A stretch of 64,000 nucleotides of DNA from Dehalococcoidia bacterium (GCA_021731085.1 JAKFYB010000015.1:81745-145744), one strand, 5' to 3'; shown: positions 29,608-40,308, counted from the first letter of the stretch. Translations and numbers: made by a program. The notes: generated from the letters alone by a model not told the origin.

Positions 29608-32355
29608 CTACCACCACCAGCAGGGAATCGGGTGACGGCGGCAGAGCGGCGTTTTCTTCACCAACCGGTAGTCCTCCCAGTTGATGACGCCGTCGTCGTT
29701 GCGGTCGTAGCGGCTGTTGTACCGCGGTTCGCCCTCTTCGACGCCAATGCGCCTGCTGATGCCGATCGACAGCGCGATCTTCTCGCCGAGCGTCAGGCAG
29801 CCGTCATCGGAGTGCGGCGTTGCTGTTGGTACCACGGTCTTCGTCGGCTTTGGCGCTACGGTCTTTGTTGCCTCGACCGTCCGTGTCGCGACAGCCGTAC
29901 GGGTGACGACGGCCGTTCGCGTCACAACGACGGTTCGCGTTACGACGGGTGTCGCCGTGGCCGCGGCCGATGTGCTTGTGGCAGTTGGTGTGTTCGTCGC
30001 CGCAACCACCGTATTCGTTGGCTCAGGCGTGTTGGTGGCGGTCGCGACCGAGGTGTTGGTCGCCGTTGCAGTGTTGGTTGAGGTCGGCGTGTGCGTCGAC
30101 GTTGGCACGGCAGTGTTGGTTGGCGTAGACGTCGCGGTGTGCGTGGGCGTATTCGTCGGCGCGTCCGAGGTTGGGGTCGGCGTTCCAGGCTGCGGAATTG
30201 AAGTGTTCGTCGGCGCGACCGCAGTCGCCGTCGGCGTGAACGTCGCAGTGGCGGTGTGCGTGGGTGTATTCGTCGCCGCTGCCGTCGTCGCCGTCGGCGT
30301 GTGGGTAGATGTGTTGGTGGGCGTCGGCGTGTTGCTGGCCGGAACCGGGGTGTTCGTAACGGTTGCCGTGTTGGTGGCCGTAGCAGTGGGTGTGTTCGTT
30401 GGCGTGTTTGTCGCCGTGAAGGTGCTCGTCGGGCCGACAGGCGTATTCGTCGGGGTCGGCGTGAAGGTCGCAATCACCGTCGGGCTTGGCGTGAAGGTCG
30501 CGGTCGGCGTGAACGTCGGCGTCGGCGTCGGCGCGCCAAGGACGGAGAACGAGTAGACGCCCGTGCTCGGATCCGTGGACGAGACGATGATGGTGTACGT
30601 GCCCGTCTCCGTCAGCATCAGTGATCCGGGGCTCGTGCAGAGCGGCGTGTCGAACTGGTCGCCCGCGGTGGGGGAGACAAGCCTCCAGCGCGGGCCGCAC
30701 GTGCCGCCACCCACGGGGATGTTGGTAAACGCGACCTGCTGGCCTGCCGTCACCGAGAAGGTGTAGCGGTCGATCGCCCCGGGAACTTCGATGTTCCCGG
30801 CGCCGGATGCCGGGACTCCGTTCGAAACCGTATCGCCGATGGCGATCGCGAAGTCCTCGGGCGCTGGGACGTTCGTGATGCGGAAGTTGTACGTGCCTGT
30901 GCCGGTTCCGTCGGCGAAGACCGCGATGTTGTAGCTCCCCGTCACCGGCAGCGTCTGTGTACCGGGGTCGTTCGTGACGAACTGGTTTTGGAAGATTGCC
31001 ACGTCCCCCGGGGTCGTGAGCGTCCAGCGGATGCCGCTCGTCGAACCTGTCAACGGATTGCCGTCGAAGAACACCTGCTGGCCAGCCGTGCCAGCAAATG
31101 TGTACTCGTCCGTCGATCCGACGTTCTCGAGGTTGCCCGCGCCTGCCGACGGCACGCCGTTCGAGACGGTGTCGCCGATCGCGATGTTGAACGTGTCCGC
31201 GGTGGCGACATTGAGCAGCTTGAAGTTGTACGGGCCGGTGATCGTGCCGTCAGCGTGCGTCGTGATCTCGTACGTGCCGGTCACGGGAAGGGTGAATGTG
31301 CCAGGGTCGTTGGTCACGAACTGGTTCTGGAAGATGACGATGTCCGACGGGTTGCGGAGCGTCCAGCGAATGCCGCTTGTCGTGCCCGTGAGCGGGTTGC
31401 CGTCGAAGAACACCTGCTGTCCGGCTACGGCGCTGAACGTGTATACGTCGTTGGAGCCAGCGACTTCAAGGTTGCCCGCGCCGGCATCTGGCACGCCGTT
31501 CGAAACGGTGTCACCGATGGCGATCGCGAAGGTGTCGTCCGCGGGAACGCTGATGAGCTTGAAGTTGTAGGTGCCCGTGAGCGTCAGATCACCCGTGGTT
31601 GTGATCGTGTACGTGCCTGTGACGGGCAGCGTCAACGCACCGGGGTCATTGGTGACGAACTGGTTCTGAAATATGACGGCGCTCGAAGGGTTCCGCAGCG
31701 TCCAGCGGGCGAGCACGGAGCCGCCCAACGGGTTGCCGTCGAAGTACACCTTCTGTCCCGCCGTTGCCGCGAACGAGTACACGTTGCTCGCGCCGGCGAC
31801 CTCAATGTTGCCTGCGCCTGCACCCGGCGCGCCGTTCGACACGGTGTCGCCGATCGCGATGTTGAACGCGTCCGGCGCGGGGACGTTCGTGATGCGGAAG
31901 TTATATGTGCCCGTCGTCGTCGTGTCGGAGAACACGGTGATGGTGTAGTTTCCCGCGTCGGGCAGGTCGATGGTGGCGGGATCGTTCGTGATGAACGTGT
32001 TCTGGAAGATGGCGACATTCGACGGATCGCGGAGCGTCCAACGTAAGAGCGCCGAACCGGTCAGCGGATTGCCGTCGAAGTACACGTCCTGACCTGCGGT
32101 TGCCGCGAAGGTATAGACGTCCTGGTCGCCGACGCCTTCGATGTTGCCGGCGCCGGCTGCTGGCGATCCGTTCGATACGGTGTCGCCGATGGCGATGTTG
32201 AAGTTCTGTGTTGCTGCCTCTACGCCGGTGTCGCCCCGTATGGACATCATGACACCGACGAGCAGCACTACGAGCGCCGCAAAGGCGACTACGGGTAGGG
32301 CGCGTTGTGGCTGTGTGCGGTACGTGCGTGCCTGTTCCTTCAATTCCCTGACCAT
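29608..32355 (-). CDS. large secreted protein: five tandem ~113-aa beta-rich (PPC-like) repeats, TP linker, C-terminal EF-hand/dockerin-like loop
   Basis: Five copies of [22 protein letters not shown]..YxF..GQxV; [13 protein letters not shown] Ca-loop; N-terminal TM; GAGGAG RBS before ATG 32355. Confidence 0.85.
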   Translation of the reverse strand: MVRELKEQARTYRTQPQRALPVVAFAALVVLLVGVMMSIRGDTGVEAATQNFNIAIGDTVSNGSPAAGAGNIEGVGDQDVYTFAATAGQDVYFDGNPLTGSALLRWTLRDPSNVAIFQNTFITNDPATIDLPDAGNYTITVFSDTTTTGTYNFRITNVPAPDAFNIAIGDTVSNGAPGAGAGNIEVAGASNVYSFAATAGQKVYFDGNPLGGSVLARWTLRNPSSAVIFQNQFVTNDPGALTLPVTGTYTITTTGDLTLTGTYNFKLISVPADDTFAIAIGDTVSNGVPDAGAGNLEVAGSNDVYTFSAVAGQQVFFDGNPLTGTTSGIRWTLRNPSDIVIFQNQFVTNDPGTFTLPVTGTYEITTHADGTITGPYNFKLLNVATADTFNIAIGDTVSNGVPSAGAGNLENVGSTDEYTFAGTAGQQVFFDGNPLTGSTSGIRWTLTTPGDVAIFQNQFVTNDPGTQTLPVTGSYNIAVFADGTGTGTYNFRITNVPAPEDFAIAIGDTVSNGVPASGAGNIEVPGAIDRYTFSVTAGQQVAFTNIPVGGGTCGPRWRLVSPTAGDQFDTPLCTSPGSLMLTETGTYTIIVSSTDPSTGVYSFSVLGAPTPTPTFTPTATFTPSPTVIATFTPTPTNTPVGPTSTFTATNTPTNTPTATATNTATVTNTPVPASNTPTPTNTSTHTPTATTAAATNTPTHTATATFTPTATAVAPTNTSIPQPGTPTPTSDAPTNTPTHTATSTPTNTAVPTSTHTPTSTNTATATNTSVATATNTPEPTNTVVAATNTPTATSTSAAATATPVVTRTVVVTRTAVVTRTAVATRTVEATKTVAPKPTKTVVPTATPHSDDGCLTLGEKIALSIGISRRIGVEEGEPRYNSRYDRNDDGVINWEDYRLVKKTPLCRRHPIPCWWW

Positions 32356-32701
32356 CTCTGCAATCTCCTCGATCTGCGATACATGTGGCGCCGAGGCTCT
32401 ATCGCCCGGCGGCACCATCATTGCGTGATCTTGCCGCGTCCACGTCAGCGGACGGGCGGAACCGACATCCGACTTTCGGCGGAGACGCGCACGATGCGAC
32501 GGGCTTGCGTTGCTCGCCGCACAGATGCCGGGAAAGCGGTAGTCGCCGTTCAAGCAGCGGCTGTGGGCGGGTTAACCAGCCCGAACGTGCAGTGCGAACG
32601 TAACACCATGACGGCCAACGATCGAGAGGTTTCAGGCAGCAATTTGGTTACATTTGGCGTCCCGCGTCGCGTGAGGGCGCCGCGTCTCGCCAGCGACGCG
32701 C

Positions 32702-33466
32702 CTAGTCCCGGCGTTCCGCCAAGGCGATGCGGTTGATGCTCGCCGCCACATAGCCTGCGCCGAAACCGTTGTCGATGTTTACGACCGACACGCCGGCCGC
32801 GCAAGCGTTCAGCATCGCTAGCAGTGGGGCCAGGCCGTTGAAGCTCGCTCCGTAGCCAATCGACGTCGGCACGGCGATCACGGGCGCGTTCACCAGTCCG
32901 CCGACGACGCTTGGCAGCGCGCCTTCCATCCCCGCCACCACAACGAGCGCCCGCGCTGACTGCAGCGCTGGCACTTTGTCGAGCAGACGGTGGATGCCCG
33001 CGACGCCGACGTCGTACATCCGGTCGACCTCGCAGCCGGCCATGGCCGCCGTAATCGCCGCTTCTTCGGCCACCGGCAGGTCGGCGGTGCCCGCGCAGAG
33101 CACGGTAACTCCCGGGTGTTTGGGCGTTGGTGCTCGCTCGACGGTCACGCAGCGGGCGGCCTCGTGGTGCACTGCGTCGGGGACGGCTGCCAGCAGATCG
33201 CGCGCAGCTTCAGGTTTGATGCGCGTGACCAGCAGGCGGTCGGACTGCTCAAGCAGCGCCGTCGAGATCGCGACGATCTGCTCCGGCGTCTTGCCCTCGC
33301 CGAGAATTACCTCTGGCATCCAGTCGCGGAGCGCGCGATGATGGTCGACCTTCGCGAACCCGAGGTCCTCATACGGCATATGCCGCAGCTCCGTCATCGC
33401 GGCGTCAATCTCCGTCCGCCCATCAGCCACGGCGGCGAGCAGGTCTCGCAGTCTGTGCTCTTCGAT
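32702..33466 (-). CDS. larB: nickel-pincer cofactor biosynthesis carboxylase LarB
   Basis: DLGFAKVDHHR, AGTADLPVAEEA, DVGVAGIHRL, AGMEGAL, VPTSIGYG, VVNIDNGFGA. Start proposed at ATC 33466. Confidence 0.92.
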   Translation of the reverse strand: MEEHRLRDLLAAVADGRTEIDAAMTELRHMPYEDLGFAKVDHHRALRDWMPEVILGEGKTPEQIVAISTALLEQSDRLLVTRIKPEAARDLLAAVPDAVHHEAARCVTVERAPTPKHPGVTVLCAGTADLPVAEEAAITAAMAGCEVDRMYDVGVAGIHRLLDKVPALQSARALVVVAGMEGALPSVVGGLVNAPVIAVPTSIGYGASFNGLAPLLAMLNACAAGVSVVNIDNGFGAGYVAASINRIALAERRD

Positions 33467-33662
33467 GATCCCTCCTTGAGGGCGCCCTCCGCTCGTCGCT
33501 TCGCGGGCTGAAAAGCCCTTGCCCCAGATGTTGTGCTCGACCGACGCATCGCGGGCTGAAAGCCCACGCTCGGGCGCTTCAATCCATGATATCAGCGCAC
33601 CTTGACGCGCTAGCGACAAGATTCGATTGCCACCGCGTTCGCCGCTCTCGATACTTCACCCA

Positions 33663-34427
33663 ATGCTCAACAAGTCCGGCGAATCCGAGGCGGCCTTTTG
33701 GGGAGCGTGGCTGCTGCTCGCGGCTGCGTTCGTCGCGCTCGCGTACTGGGCGACGCAGGAATACTATCTTCCCGGCGATCGCGCGATCACCTTCGGCATA
33801 CAAGATCTGTACACGCAGCCGTGGGCCGACGATCTCTTCTCAGCCGCGAGCCACGTCGGCGATGAATGGGTCGTCGGGCTCGCGCTCGGCCTGACGATCG
33901 GCGCACTCGGTGTCCGGCGCCGGTACGCCGAGGCGATCATCGTCATCATCGCGGCGCTCTCGATCTTCCTCGTCGTCGCCATCGACGCCTACGTCAAACG
34001 CCCCACGGCCGAGTACGAGGCGATGCGCGCCGTCTTCGATGGCCTCCTCTATCCGCGCATCTATCCCGACCCAGGTGGCTTCCCGAGCGGTCACGTCTAC
34101 GGCACCGTGTTGGCGTACGGGATCGTGTTCTGGCTTGCCGCGCGCACCCTGCGATGGGACTGGCTGGTGACCTCCGTCCGGCTGCTCTGCGTCGCCGCGA
34201 TCGTTCTCGGCTTCATCGCACCGATGTATCTCGGCACCCACTGGTTCAGCGATGTCTACGGCGCGGCCTTGCTCGCGGTCATCGTCATCATGCTCGCGTG
34301 GCGCGCGGATGCGTTCGTCACGCGCAACGAGGAACCGACCTACGTCCACGATATCGTCGGCTACCGCACCCCACGCACGGCTGCAGAAGCCCGCACGCAG
34401 CCCACAACCACCCGCTTTCGATCGTAG
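33663..34427 (+). CDS. PAP2-family membrane phosphatase
   Basis: KRP, FPSGH, MYLGTHWFSDV, several TM helices. Confidence 0.88.
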   Translation: MLNKSGESEAAFWGAWLLLAAAFVALAYWATQEYYLPGDRAITFGIQDLYTQPWADDLFSAASHVGDEWVVGLALGLTIGALGVRRRYAEAIIVIIAALSIFLVVAIDAYVKRPTAEYEAMRAVFDGLLYPRIYPDPGGFPSGHVYGTVLAYGIVFWLAARTLRWDWLVTSVRLLCVAAIVLGFIAPMYLGTHWFSDVYGAALLAVIVIMLAWRADAFVTRNEEPTYVHDIVGYRTPRTAAEARTQPTTTRFRS

Positions 34428-34511
34428 GCCGCTTCCGCGCATCGCGCCGCTATTAGCGCCTTCACCAATGGACAAGCCGCCTTCAGCAGGCCGATATACT
34501 GCCCTTCACAT

Positions 34512-36392
34512 ATGAAAAGCCCGTTCCTCACCGCGCTAGAAGAACGCATCCTGCTCGCCGATGGCGCGATGGGCACGCTGCTGTTCGCACGCGGCATCGA
34601 CCCGAATGTCTGCATCGAGCAGCTCGTGCTCGATCAGCCGGACGTCATCCGGCGCGTCCACGAGGACTACATCGCCGCCGGCGCCGACATCATCGAGACC
34701 GACACGTTCGGCGCGAACCGCTATCGGCTCACGAAGCACGGTCTCCAGGACAGGATCCGCGACATCAACTTCAAGGCCGCCCGCCTGGCTCGCGACGCCC
34801 GGGAGATCCACGGCCACCCGGTGTTCATCGCCGGCGCCATCGGTCCGACCGGTCGCATGCTGGCGACGGTGGGGGACATCAAGCCGGAGGAGGTGCGCGC
34901 GGCGGTCCGCGAGCAGGCGGAGGCGCTCCTCGAGGGCGGCGTCGACCTCATCATCCTCGAGACATTCCCTGACATCGCGGAACTGCGCGAGTCCATCGCC
35001 GCCGTGAAGGCGTCCTGCGACCTGCCGATCGTCGCGCAATGCACGTTCCAGCGCGACAACCGAACGCTTGGCGGTGAGCCACCAGATGAAGTCGCGAACG
35101 TCGCCGCATCCCTCGGAGTCGATGCTGCCGGGATCAACTGCAGCCTTGGCCCGCACAACGCCCTCGAAGTGATCGAACAGATGGCGGCGGCAGCGTCGAT
35201 TCCACTTAGCGCGATGCCGAACGCAGGACTGCCGAAGTACGTCGACAACCGCCTCGTCTATCGCGCGACGCCTGAGTACTTCGCGGACTATACAAAGCGC
35301 CTCGCGCTTGCTGGCGCGAACATCATCGGCGGTTGTTGCGGGTCGACGCCGGAGCACACGGCCGCCATGCGCGAAACACTCGACCAGGAGTGGAACCGCA
35401 AGGGTCGCCCGCGCACGTCGGTGGCTGATTCGCCGCCGCGCATCGAGATCACTTCAAGCGCGGTCGGCGCTGACCCGCGCGGGAGTGACACCGCCGAATC
35501 TGCGAAGCAGCGCACCCTGCGCGAAAAGCTCAAGGCCGGCGAATTCGGCGTGAGCGTCGAGCTCGACCCGCCACGCGGCCTCAACCCGCGCAAAGCGCTC
35601 GAAGGCGCGGCCATGCTGAAGGCTGCTGGAGCGGACAGCATCAACATCGGCGACAGTCCGATGGCGCGCGTCCGCATGTCGGCCATCGCTCTCGCGGTGC
35701 TCATGGAACAGCGCGTCGGCATCGAGACGATCATTCACTTCACCTCGCGCGACCGGAACCTGATGGCGATCCAGAGCGATCTGCTTGGCGCCCACGCTCT
35801 GGGCATCCGCAACGTCATCGCCCTCACCGGCGACCCGCCGTCCGGCGGCGAGTACGCGCGCGCCACTGGTGTCTGGGATGTGGACTCGATCGGCTTCATC
35901 CGCATCATCAAGATGCTCAACAGCGGCACGGACTGGGCCGGCAACAGCATCGGCAAGGGAACGGACTTCTTCGTCGCCTGCGCCGCCAACCCGACGGCAG
36001 ATAACGTCGATCTCGAGCTCGAACGCGTCCGCAAGAAGATCGACGCCGGCGCCGACTGCCTGATGACGCAGCAGTTCTACGACGCGGGCTCACTCGAGTC
36101 CTTCCTCGAGCGACTCGGCCCGATCGATATCCCCGTGCTCATCGGCGTCATGCCGCTCCAGAGCCACAAGCACACCGAGTTCATCCACAACGAACTCGCC
36201 GGCGTCTTCGTGCCGGAGGACGTGCGCGAACGCATGCGCAAAGCCGGCGAGAACGGCGTCGCCGAGGGCCTCGCGCAGGCCCGCGAGCTCCTCGAACAAT
36301 GCCGCCCGATGTGCGACGGCACGTACCTCGTCCCGTCCTTCGGCAGGTATGAGGTCGTCGGCGAGCTAGTGCAGTTCGCCAAGAGCCTATAG
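34512..36392 (+). CDS. yitJ: bifunctional homocysteine S-methyltransferase / methylenetetrahydrofolate reductase
   Basis: LADGAMGT, GINCSLGP, PNAGLP, GGCCG, then VELDPP, DSPMARVRMS, SRDRN, TGDP. Confidence 0.93.
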   Translation: MKSPFLTALEERILLADGAMGTLLFARGIDPNVCIEQLVLDQPDVIRRVHEDYIAAGADIIETDTFGANRYRLTKHGLQDRIRDINFKAARLARDAREIHGHPVFIAGAIGPTGRMLATVGDIKPEEVRAAVREQAEALLEGGVDLIILETFPDIAELRESIAAVKASCDLPIVAQCTFQRDNRTLGGEPPDEVANVAASLGVDAAGINCSLGPHNALEVIEQMAAAASIPLSAMPNAGLPKYVDNRLVYRATPEYFADYTKRLALAGANIIGGCCGSTPEHTAAMRETLDQEWNRKGRPRTSVADSPPRIEITSSAVGADPRGSDTAESAKQRTLREKLKAGEFGVSVELDPPRGLNPRKALEGAAMLKAAGADSINIGDSPMARVRMSAIALAVLMEQRVGIETIIHFTSRDRNLMAIQSDLLGAHALGIRNVIALTGDPPSGGEYARATGVWDVDSIGFIRIIKMLNSGTDWAGNSIGKGTDFFVACAANPTADNVDLELERVRKKIDAGADCLMTQQFYDAGSLESFLERLGPIDIPVLIGVMPLQSHKHTEFIHNELAGVFVPEDVRERMRKAGENGVAEGLAQARELLEQCRPMCDGTYLVPSFGRYEVVGELVQFAKSL

Positions 36393-36454
36393 TTGGTGGC
36401 CCTGTAAGGGCGGAGCTAAAGCTTCGCCCCGTCGTCGGGCGCGTGGGGTCTAAC

Positions 36455-37312
36455 TTGTCTGATCTTCGTCTGGTCCACGGCTTCGCGTTTCCGACCTACG
36501 CCTCGGAAGGCGCCGACGAGATCGCAGGCGTGATCGCATCTCGCTGCCAGCGTGCGCAGACGATCCTGAGCGACGCGCTCCACTTCGATCCGGCGTTCAC
36601 GCTGCTCGTCCTCAGCCCGGACGACTGGGATGCGCACGCGCGCACGCCCATCTACGCGATGCCGCACAACTCGAAACTGCCCGCCGGCACGTATGGCGCG
36701 CCGGATCTCCCATTCGACAACGCGCTCATCATCGGCTCCCAACGCGGCGCCTTCTTTGACACGATGGTCGACATCGCAGTCGCCGATCTCGGCGACAAAG
36801 CAACCACACGCCTTCGTGATGTCTATCCTGGCCCGAACCGGGGCATCGACGTAGCCCCCTTCGCCAACCTCCTCGTCGTCCACGAGCTCGCCCACCTCTT
36901 CGAGTTCCAGGTGCCCTTTCGCTTCCCTCGCCGCTGGCTGTCGGAGTTCTTCGCAAACCTCTGCCTGCACGCTTACATCGAACTGGGCGAACCGGAAACG
37001 ATGACGCTACTTCAAACCTTCCCTGGGATCACGCTTCAAGCGAGCGCCGCCCACTGGAAGTACCGCTCGCTAGCCGACCTCGAACGTCTCTACATCGGCG
37101 TCGGCGGCGAGAACTACGCCTGGTTCCAGTTCAACCTGCACGAGCATGCGGCCAACGTCTACAACGCAGGTGGCATCGACGCCGTCCGCAAGTTCCACAC
37201 CGCGTTCCAGAACCAGAAGCTGCGCGAAGCCACAGACGAACAGCTAACCGACTTCCTCCGCACCAACATCAGCGAACAAGCCGCCGCCATCATCACCTCA
37301 TGGCCCTCGTAG
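36455..37312 (+). CDS. hypothetical HExxH (gluzincin-like) metallopeptidase domain protein
   Basis: VVHELAH followed by WLSEFFAN; start uncertain. Confidence 0.7.
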   Translation: MSDLRLVHGFAFPTYASEGADEIAGVIASRCQRAQTILSDALHFDPAFTLLVLSPDDWDAHARTPIYAMPHNSKLPAGTYGAPDLPFDNALIIGSQRGAFFDTMVDIAVADLGDKATTRLRDVYPGPNRGIDVAPFANLLVVHELAHLFEFQVPFRFPRRWLSEFFANLCLHAYIELGEPETMTLLQTFPGITLQASAAHWKYRSLADLERLYIGVGGENYAWFQFNLHEHAANVYNAGGIDAVRKFHTAFQNQKLREATDEQLTDFLRTNISEQAAAIITSWPS

Positions 37313-37351
37313 GTTCGGATTCAATCAGGAATCCGCCATCCGGAGGCAATC

Positions 37352-37386
37352 TTGACCTAGCCTGCAATATGAATGAATATTCATTC
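37352..37386 (+). promoter_or_regulatory. promoter with perfect palindromic operator of the TetR gene
   Basis: TTGACC at 37352, then 16-bp palindrome GAATGAATATTCATTC (37371-37386) over the -10 position, 2 nt before the GTG. Confidence 0.8.
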
Positions 37387-37388
37387 CA

Positions 37389-37988
37389 GTGCCGCCAACC
37401 GCCACAGCCGCCACAACAACAACCCCCGACGCTAAGCGCGATGCCATCCTCGACGCCGCCCTCACCCTCTTCTCCGAACGCACCTTCGATGGCACCCCCG
37501 TCCCCCTCATCGCCGACACCGCCGGCGTCGCCGCAGGCACCATCTACCGCTACTTTCCCTCGAAGGAGGCGCTCGTAAACGCCCTCTACCGTCAGTGGAA
37601 GGGCGAACTGCGGCGAGTCATCGTCGATGGCATAGCCGGCGGGACGACGGTGCGCGAGCAGTTTGGGCTGATGTGGCAGGGACTCTGGCGCTTCGGCGCC
37701 GAGCACCCGCGCGCCGTCGCATTCATCGAAACCCACCACCACGCCTCGTACATCGACGACGAAAGCCGCGCCCTCGGTCAGCAGATCGAGGACGAGTCGA
37801 TCGCCTTCATTGAAGCCGCACAGGCCCGCGGCGAGATCCGCCCGGCGGATCCATGCATCGTCATGTCGCTCGTCTTGGGCGCCTTCACCGGTCTCGTGAA
37901 ACACGCCGGCGCCGACGGACTCATGCTCGACGAGAACGCGACGCGCGAATCGGAAGAGATCATGTGGGCCGCGTTGCGCGCGTCGTAA
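37389..37988 (+). CDS. TetR/AcrR-family regulator
   Basis: ILDAALTLF, IADTAGVAAGTIYRYFPSKEAL. Confidence 0.95.
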   Translation: MPPTATAATTTTPDAKRDAILDAALTLFSERTFDGTPVPLIADTAGVAAGTIYRYFPSKEALVNALYRQWKGELRRVIVDGIAGGTTVREQFGLMWQGLWRFGAEHPRAVAFIETHHHASYIDDESRALGQQIEDESIAFIEAAQARGEIRPADPCIVMSLVLGAFTGLVKHAGADGLMLDENATRESEEIMWAALRAS

Positions 37989-38034
37989 CCCGCGGTAGCC
38001 ACCACCAACAGACAGTGTTCGGAAGGACGACAAC

Positions 38035-38913
38035 ATGAAACTCGGATTGCAGATTCCCATCTTCACCTGGCCCGGCGGCGCGCCGGAGATGCGCGACAAG
38101 CTCAAGGAGATAGCCACGACGGCGGAGGACGCCGGCTACGACTCGATCTGGGTGATGGACCACTTCTTCCAGATCCCCATGACCGGGCTGCCGGCAGAGG
38201 CGGACATGCTCGAGGCATACACGACGCTCGGCTACATCGCCGCGCACACGAAGCGCGTCGGGCTTGGCGCGCTCGTCACGGGTGTCACGCACCGGCACCC
38301 GGGCATCCTCGCGAAGCAGGTCTCGACGCTCGACGTGCTCTCGGGCGGACGCGCATGGCTCGGCATCGGCGCCGCCTGGTACGACCGCGAGCATCTCGGT
38401 CTCGGCGTACCGTTCCCGCCGCTGAAGGAGCGCTTCCAGCGCCTCGAAGAAGCGCTCCAAATCTTGAAGCAGATGTGGTCGGGCGAAATCGCGCCGTACG
38501 AAGGCAAGCACTACCAGCTCGCGGAGACCATCAACGTACCGATGCCACTGCGCAAGCCGCACCCGCCCATCCTCATCGGCGGAAGCGGCGAGAAGAAGAC
38601 GCTGCGGCTCGTCGCCAAGTACGCCGATGCGTGCAACCTCTTCGCCGAATCGCCAGCCGCGGTCGAACGGAAACTCAGCATCCTGCGCGAGCACTGCGAA
38701 GCCGTCGGCCGCAACTATGACGACATCACGAAGACCATCATCCGGCCGATGGGCATCGGCGAAGGAAGCTCGCCTGACCAGATAGTGCAGACGCTCGGCG
38801 AGTATGCCGAAGTCGGCGTGCAGACGGTGCTCGGCGTGCTGCTGGGCGTTGAACAGGTCACGCCGATCGAGAAAGTCGGCCGCGACGTCATTCCCCAGAT
38901 CAAAGATTTGTAG
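38035..38913 (+). CDS. luciferase-like (LLM class), probable F420-dependent oxidoreductase
   Basis: WVMDHFFQI, LDVLSGGRAWLGIGAAW, ILIGGSGEKKTLRLVAKYADACN. Confidence 0.92.
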   Translation: MKLGLQIPIFTWPGGAPEMRDKLKEIATTAEDAGYDSIWVMDHFFQIPMTGLPAEADMLEAYTTLGYIAAHTKRVGLGALVTGVTHRHPGILAKQVSTLDVLSGGRAWLGIGAAWYDREHLGLGVPFPPLKERFQRLEEALQILKQMWSGEIAPYEGKHYQLAETINVPMPLRKPHPPILIGGSGEKKTLRLVAKYADACNLFAESPAAVERKLSILREHCEAVGRNYDDITKTIIRPMGIGEGSSPDQIVQTLGEYAEVGVQTVLGVLLGVEQVTPIEKVGRDVIPQIKDL

Positions 38914-38938
38914 GCATAACGCACCGAAGGAGAGATAC

Positions 38939-39379
38939 ATGCCAGCGAAGATGACACCCGAGAAGATGAACGAGTTCCTCGACGAGAAACACGTCGGCAT
39001 CATCGTTACGATCAACAATGACGGCACGCCGAACCCGCAGCCGATCTGGTACATGCACCGCGATGGTGCGTTCCTCATGCGCACGAGTGTGAGCAGCGTC
39101 AAGGCGAAGAACATCGCCCGCGACCCGCGCATTAGCATCTGCGTGCAGAACGAGACGTTGCCGTATGGGAGCGTGACCGCGTGGGGCACGGCATCGGTCA
39201 GCGCGAAGGACGATGCCGCGCTCGGACGCGAGATCGCCGTACGGTATCTCGGCGAGAAGAGCGCGGACCGCTACATGCAGCTGTCCGCCGGCAGTCCGGA
39301 GACTGCGGAGGAGATCACGATCACATTGCGGCCAGAGCGCACCTTCTCTCAGGACTACACGGCCGAGGCGAGCGCCTAG
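38939..39379 (+). CDS. PPOX-class split-barrel (probable F420-dependent) oxidoreductase
   Basis: TINNDGTP..PIWY, KAKNIARDPRISI; AAGGAG RBS. Confidence 0.85.
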   Translation: MPAKMTPEKMNEFLDEKHVGIIVTINNDGTPNPQPIWYMHRDGAFLMRTSVSSVKAKNIARDPRISICVQNETLPYGSVTAWGTASVSAKDDAALGREIAVRYLGEKSADRYMQLSAGSPETAEEITITLRPERTFSQDYTAEASA

Positions 39380-39425
39380 ACGCCGGCAAACCCAACCGAC
39401 AGCTGACAACCGACCAGGAGGCATC

Positions 39426-40271
39426 ATGGCTAACGTACTGATCACCGGCACAAGCAGCGGCTTCGGATATCTGATGGCGCTTGAGTTCGCGCGCAAAGGC
39501 GACCGGGTGTTCGCAACGATGCGCAATCTCGACAAAGCGGCGAAGCTCAAGGAAGCCGCGGCGGCCGAGAATCTGTCGATCAGTTTCCTCAAGCTGGACC
39601 TACTCGACGAATCGAGCATCAAGAGCGCGGTCGCGCAGGCGGAGGCCGAGGGCGGCCCGATCAACGTGCTCGTGAACAATGCCGCGATGGAGCTGCGTTC
39701 GTCGATCGAAGACGCGTCGGAGGACGAGGTTCGCAAGCAGTTCGAGACAAATGTCTTCGGGACGCTGCGCGTGATCTGGAACGTCCTGCCCGGCATGCGC
39801 GAGCGTGGCTCCGGCACGATCGTCAATCTGTCGTCGATTGGTGGCATCGTGGCGGTGCCGTTCGCGGGCTACTACAGCGCGTCCAAGCACGCGGTCGAGG
39901 CGATCAGCGAGTCCCTGTACTACGAGGCGAAGCCCTTCGGCGTGCGCGTCATCGTGATCGAGCCGGGGGCGTTCCCGACCGAATTCAGCAGCAACTCCTA
40001 TGAGGCGGCGAAGTTCAACGAGAGCTCGCCGTACGCGAAGAGCGCGGCCGGATTCGCCGCGGCATTCGACCAGGGGCTGCGCGCGCCCGGTGGCGTGCGC
40101 CAGGATCCGGCCGAGGTCGCGCAGGCGGTCTACAAAGCTGTCCACGACGAGACACCGAAGCTGCGGTACACGGTCGGCGGCGACGCTGCACTGATCGCAT
40201 CAGTACGCAAGCAGCTCGACTTCGAAGGCTTCGAGGCGGCGATGCGCCAGACACTGAACTGGCACGACTAG
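39426..40271 (+). CDS. short-chain dehydrogenase/reductase
   Basis: LITGTSSGFG, YSASKHA, IEPG; AGGAGG RBS. Confidence 0.94.
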   Translation: MANVLITGTSSGFGYLMALEFARKGDRVFATMRNLDKAAKLKEAAAAENLSISFLKLDLLDESSIKSAVAQAEAEGGPINVLVNNAAMELRSSIEDASEDEVRKQFETNVFGTLRVIWNVLPGMRERGSGTIVNLSSIGGIVAVPFAGYYSASKHAVEAISESLYYEAKPFGVRVIVIEPGAFPTEFSSNSYEAAKFNESSPYAKSAAGFAAAFDQGLRAPGGVRQDPAEVAQAVYKAVHDETPKLRYTVGGDAALIASVRKQLDFEGFEAAMRQTLNWHD

Positions 40272-40308
40272 GCGCCTACTTACGCACGCCTCGCAGTAAA
40301 GTTACGCC

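Noticed and set aside
28400-32200. Repetitive DNA as a possible CRISPR or non-coding array
   Set aside because: Repeats are codon-phased protein repeats with synonymous variation; no constant repeat-spacer pattern and no cas genes.
33467-33619. N-terminal extension of LarB in the ORF track
   Set aside because: It is the translation of two REP hairpins and lies upstream of the strong SD.
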